Part shown: positions 62,345 through 64,000 of the stretch, in pieces | Position numbering within the stretch: the stretch's first letter is position 1 | Layout: each line of letters starts with the position of its first letter | Program-made: the position numbers and the translations under genes | Notes under the pieces: model-generated | Seen by the model: only the letters and a program-made list of their open reading frames with translations | What the model was told of the DNA's origin: nothing | Database searches by the model: none | Assembly (NCBI GenBank): GCA_036382945.1 | Contig: DASVPH010000030.1 | Coordinates: forward strand, 7,387-71,386 | DNA: 64,000 nt | DNA from: Casimicrobiaceae bacterium | Lineage (GTDB): Bacteria; Pseudomonadota; Gammaproteobacteria; Burkholderiales; Casimicrobiaceae | Direction of reading: 5' to 3'

Positions 62345-63256
62345 CTAGCGCTCCACGATCTTCACCCCGGCGAGCTTCTCCTGCGCCTCGATCAGTGACG
62401 CGACGAATTTGTCGCCGAAGCCGAGCAGGTTGGCGTTGACCAGGCTCTGATGCACGGCCGAGGCAACCAGCGCGGGCGTGGGCAGCGATTCGGCGAAGTG
62501 CGTGTAGTAGCGCAGATCCTTCATCGCATTGACCAGCGTGAACTTGAGCCCCGAGAGGTCGCCGGTTTCGAGCATCTTGCCAACCATGAGTTGGAAGATG
62601 CCGGAGTTGACCGCTCCGGCGGAGATGAGCTCGTGCAGCTTGCGGATCGACACGCCCGACTTCGCACATGCCGCGCACGCTTCGGCGGTCGCCGCGGCGA
62701 TCGACATGGCGATGAAGTTGTTGACGAGCTTGAGCATGTGGCCGTGCCCGGGCGGGCCGGCGTGGATGACGTTCTCGCAGTACGCGGAGAAGACGGGCTT
62801 GAGCCGGGCAAAGGTCGCCTCGTCGGCGCCGACCATGGTGTTGAGCCGTCCCTCTTCGGCTTCCTTCGGCGTACGCGCGAGAGGCGCGTCGACGTACAGC
62901 GTAGCTTTGGGCGCCAGGTCGCCGCGAATCTTCGCCGTCGATGCGGGCTCGGCGGTCGAGGTGTCGACCACGATCAGACCCGCGCGCGCGGCGCCGAGGA
63001 TACCGTTCTCGCCGTAGACGATCTCCTCGATCTGCGGCGATCCGGTCACGCACAGGATGACGATGTCGGAGCCCCTCGCCACCTCGGCGTTGGTCTTCGC
63101 CTCGCGCGCGCCCGCGGCGAGGAGGTCCTCGGCGGGCTTCCGGTTGCGGTGCACCCGCAGCGTGAGGGGAAAGCCCTTGGTCACGAGGTTCTTGGCCATA
63201 CCGTGGCCCATCAACCCGAGGCCGATGAATCCGATGCGCGGCTTGTCGCTGGTCAT
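62345..63256 (-). CDS. NAD(P)-dependent oxidoreductase, 3-hydroxyisobutyrate dehydrogenase family
   Basis: Start at MTSDKPRIGFIGLGLMGHGMAKNL (Rossmann motif), with GGAGAA upstream. 303 aa. Confidence 0.85.
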   Translation of the reverse strand: MTSDKPRIGFIGLGLMGHGMAKNLVTKGFPLTLRVHRNRKPAEDLLAAGAREAKTNAEVARGSDIVILCVTGSPQIEEIVYGENGILGAARAGLIVVDTSTAEPASTAKIRGDLAPKATLYVDAPLARTPKEAEEGRLNTMVGADEATFARLKPVFSAYCENVIHAGPPGHGHMLKLVNNFIAMSIAAATAEACAACAKSGVSIRKLHELISAGAVNSGIFQLMVGKMLETGDLSGLKFTLVNAMKDLRYYTHFAESLPTPALVASAVHQSLVNANLLGFGDKFVASLIEAQEKLAGVKIVER

Positions 63257-63465
63257 GCGCTTCTCCGAGGAAGGACGGTGAAGATGCGATTCTACCGCGG
63301 CACGACCCGCCATCGCGAAGGCGCGCGTCGCGCCGTGCGGGCGAGCGGCGCATCCGGCTCCGCGGCCGGTGGCGCTCACCCCAACGCAGCGCAGCCGATC
63401 AACGCTACGATAGTCGTACCCTCCGGACCGGAACGCCCCTGGTATGATCGTCTCGAACCCCGACC

Positions 63466-64000
63466 ATGCAGGCCGCAACTATCCACTACTTCCCCCTCGC
63501 GCTGCCCTTCTTTCTGATCCTCGTCGCGTTGTGGATCGGGCTGCTCACGATGGTGCTCCTGCGCGTGCTGCGCTATGCCTCGGAGAGCATGGGGATCGCC
63601 CCGCAATACGCCTTCGGGGTGCTGGTGCTCTCGCTCATCGGCAGCTACGTCAACATCCCGGTGGCCCAGTTTCCTCACGAGCGCGTGCTCAGCCAGCAAG
63701 AGGTGCTCTTCTTCGGCATGGTCTACGTCGTTCCCGTCGTGCGCGACTGGCCGGGAACGCTGGTCACGGTCAACGTCGGCGGCGCAGTGATCCCGATCTT
63801 GCTGTCGGTATACCTGCTGGTGAGGAGCGGCCTGTACTGGCGCGGCCTCGCCGGAATCCTCATCGTCAGTCTGGTTACCAATGGGCTCGCTTACCCCGTC
63901 CCCGGCCTGGGCATCGCGATCCCGACATTCATCCCGCCGATCATCACCGCGGTCGTGGCACTGCTGCTCTCGCGCCGCCACGCAGGCGCGCTGGCCTACG
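63466..64000 (+). CDS. DUF1614 family membrane protein (3' end outside the window)
   Basis: Open frame from ATG 63466 to the window end: MQAATIHYFPLALPFFLILVALWIG...VNVGGAVIPILLSVYLL. It is not in the track because no stop is reached. Confidence 0.6.
   Translation, partial: MQAATIHYFPLALPFFLILVALWIGLLTMVLLRVLRYASESMGIAPQYAFGVLVLSLIGSYVNIPVAQFPHERVLSQQEVLFFGMVYVVPVVRDWPGTLVTVNVGGAVIPILLSVYLLVRSGLYWRGLAGILIVSLVTNGLAYPVPGLGIAIPTFIPPIITAVVALLLSRRHAGALAY

Overview
Very GC-rich (about 65-70% by eye), gene-dense 64-kb chromosomal window. I call about 58 protein-coding genes or gene remnants and see no rRNA, tRNA or CRISPR array. Most of it is housekeeping or metabolic: asnS, a split B12-dependent metH, a birA-coaX-SPOR block, hppD, a thiolase, an MsbA-type exporter, a yadG/yadH-like ABC-2 pair, a DUF1028-linked peptide ABC importer, OPT and MFS transporters, and several hydrolases and methyltransferases. 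The birA-coaX-SPOR synteny and split metH suggest a beta-proteobacterium-like host (inference only). Stand-out regions: (1) 45.2-49.5 kb holds a signalling cluster. It has an operon of FecR-like protein, c-heme (CxxCH) DUF3365-HAMP protein with no output domain, and a soluble Hanks Ser/Thr kinase, facing a divergent adenylate-cyclase-FHA fusion. (2) 26.2-30.2 kb holds an operon of a secreted alpha/beta-like protein, a non-lipidated CsgG-like protein, and a paralogous Hanks kinase with one TM helix and a ~440-aa periplasmic domain. (3) 53.9-56.2 kb is a decayed integron directly upstream of metH. It has an intI N-terminal stub, attC-like palindromes, DUF433/DUF5615 and BrnT/BrnA toxin-antitoxin cassettes with both toxins inactivated, and an IS110-like fragment. 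(4) 18.0-21.6 kb holds a zinc-finger-less ClpX paralogue with altered pore and docking loops, divergent from a DUF1631 protein. (5) Small-scale structure: a perfect 104-bp tandem duplication makes a chain of ATGA-coupled mini-ORFs between two permease genes. There is also a stop-codon-abutting CGGCGCGAG repeat family, two inverted-repeat-bounded ~270-bp elements, a long AG/CT hairpin exactly at the metH split point, and a promoter-leader-terminator unit upstream of metH. Many long ORFs in the track are antisense shadows typical of high-GC DNA and were rejected.
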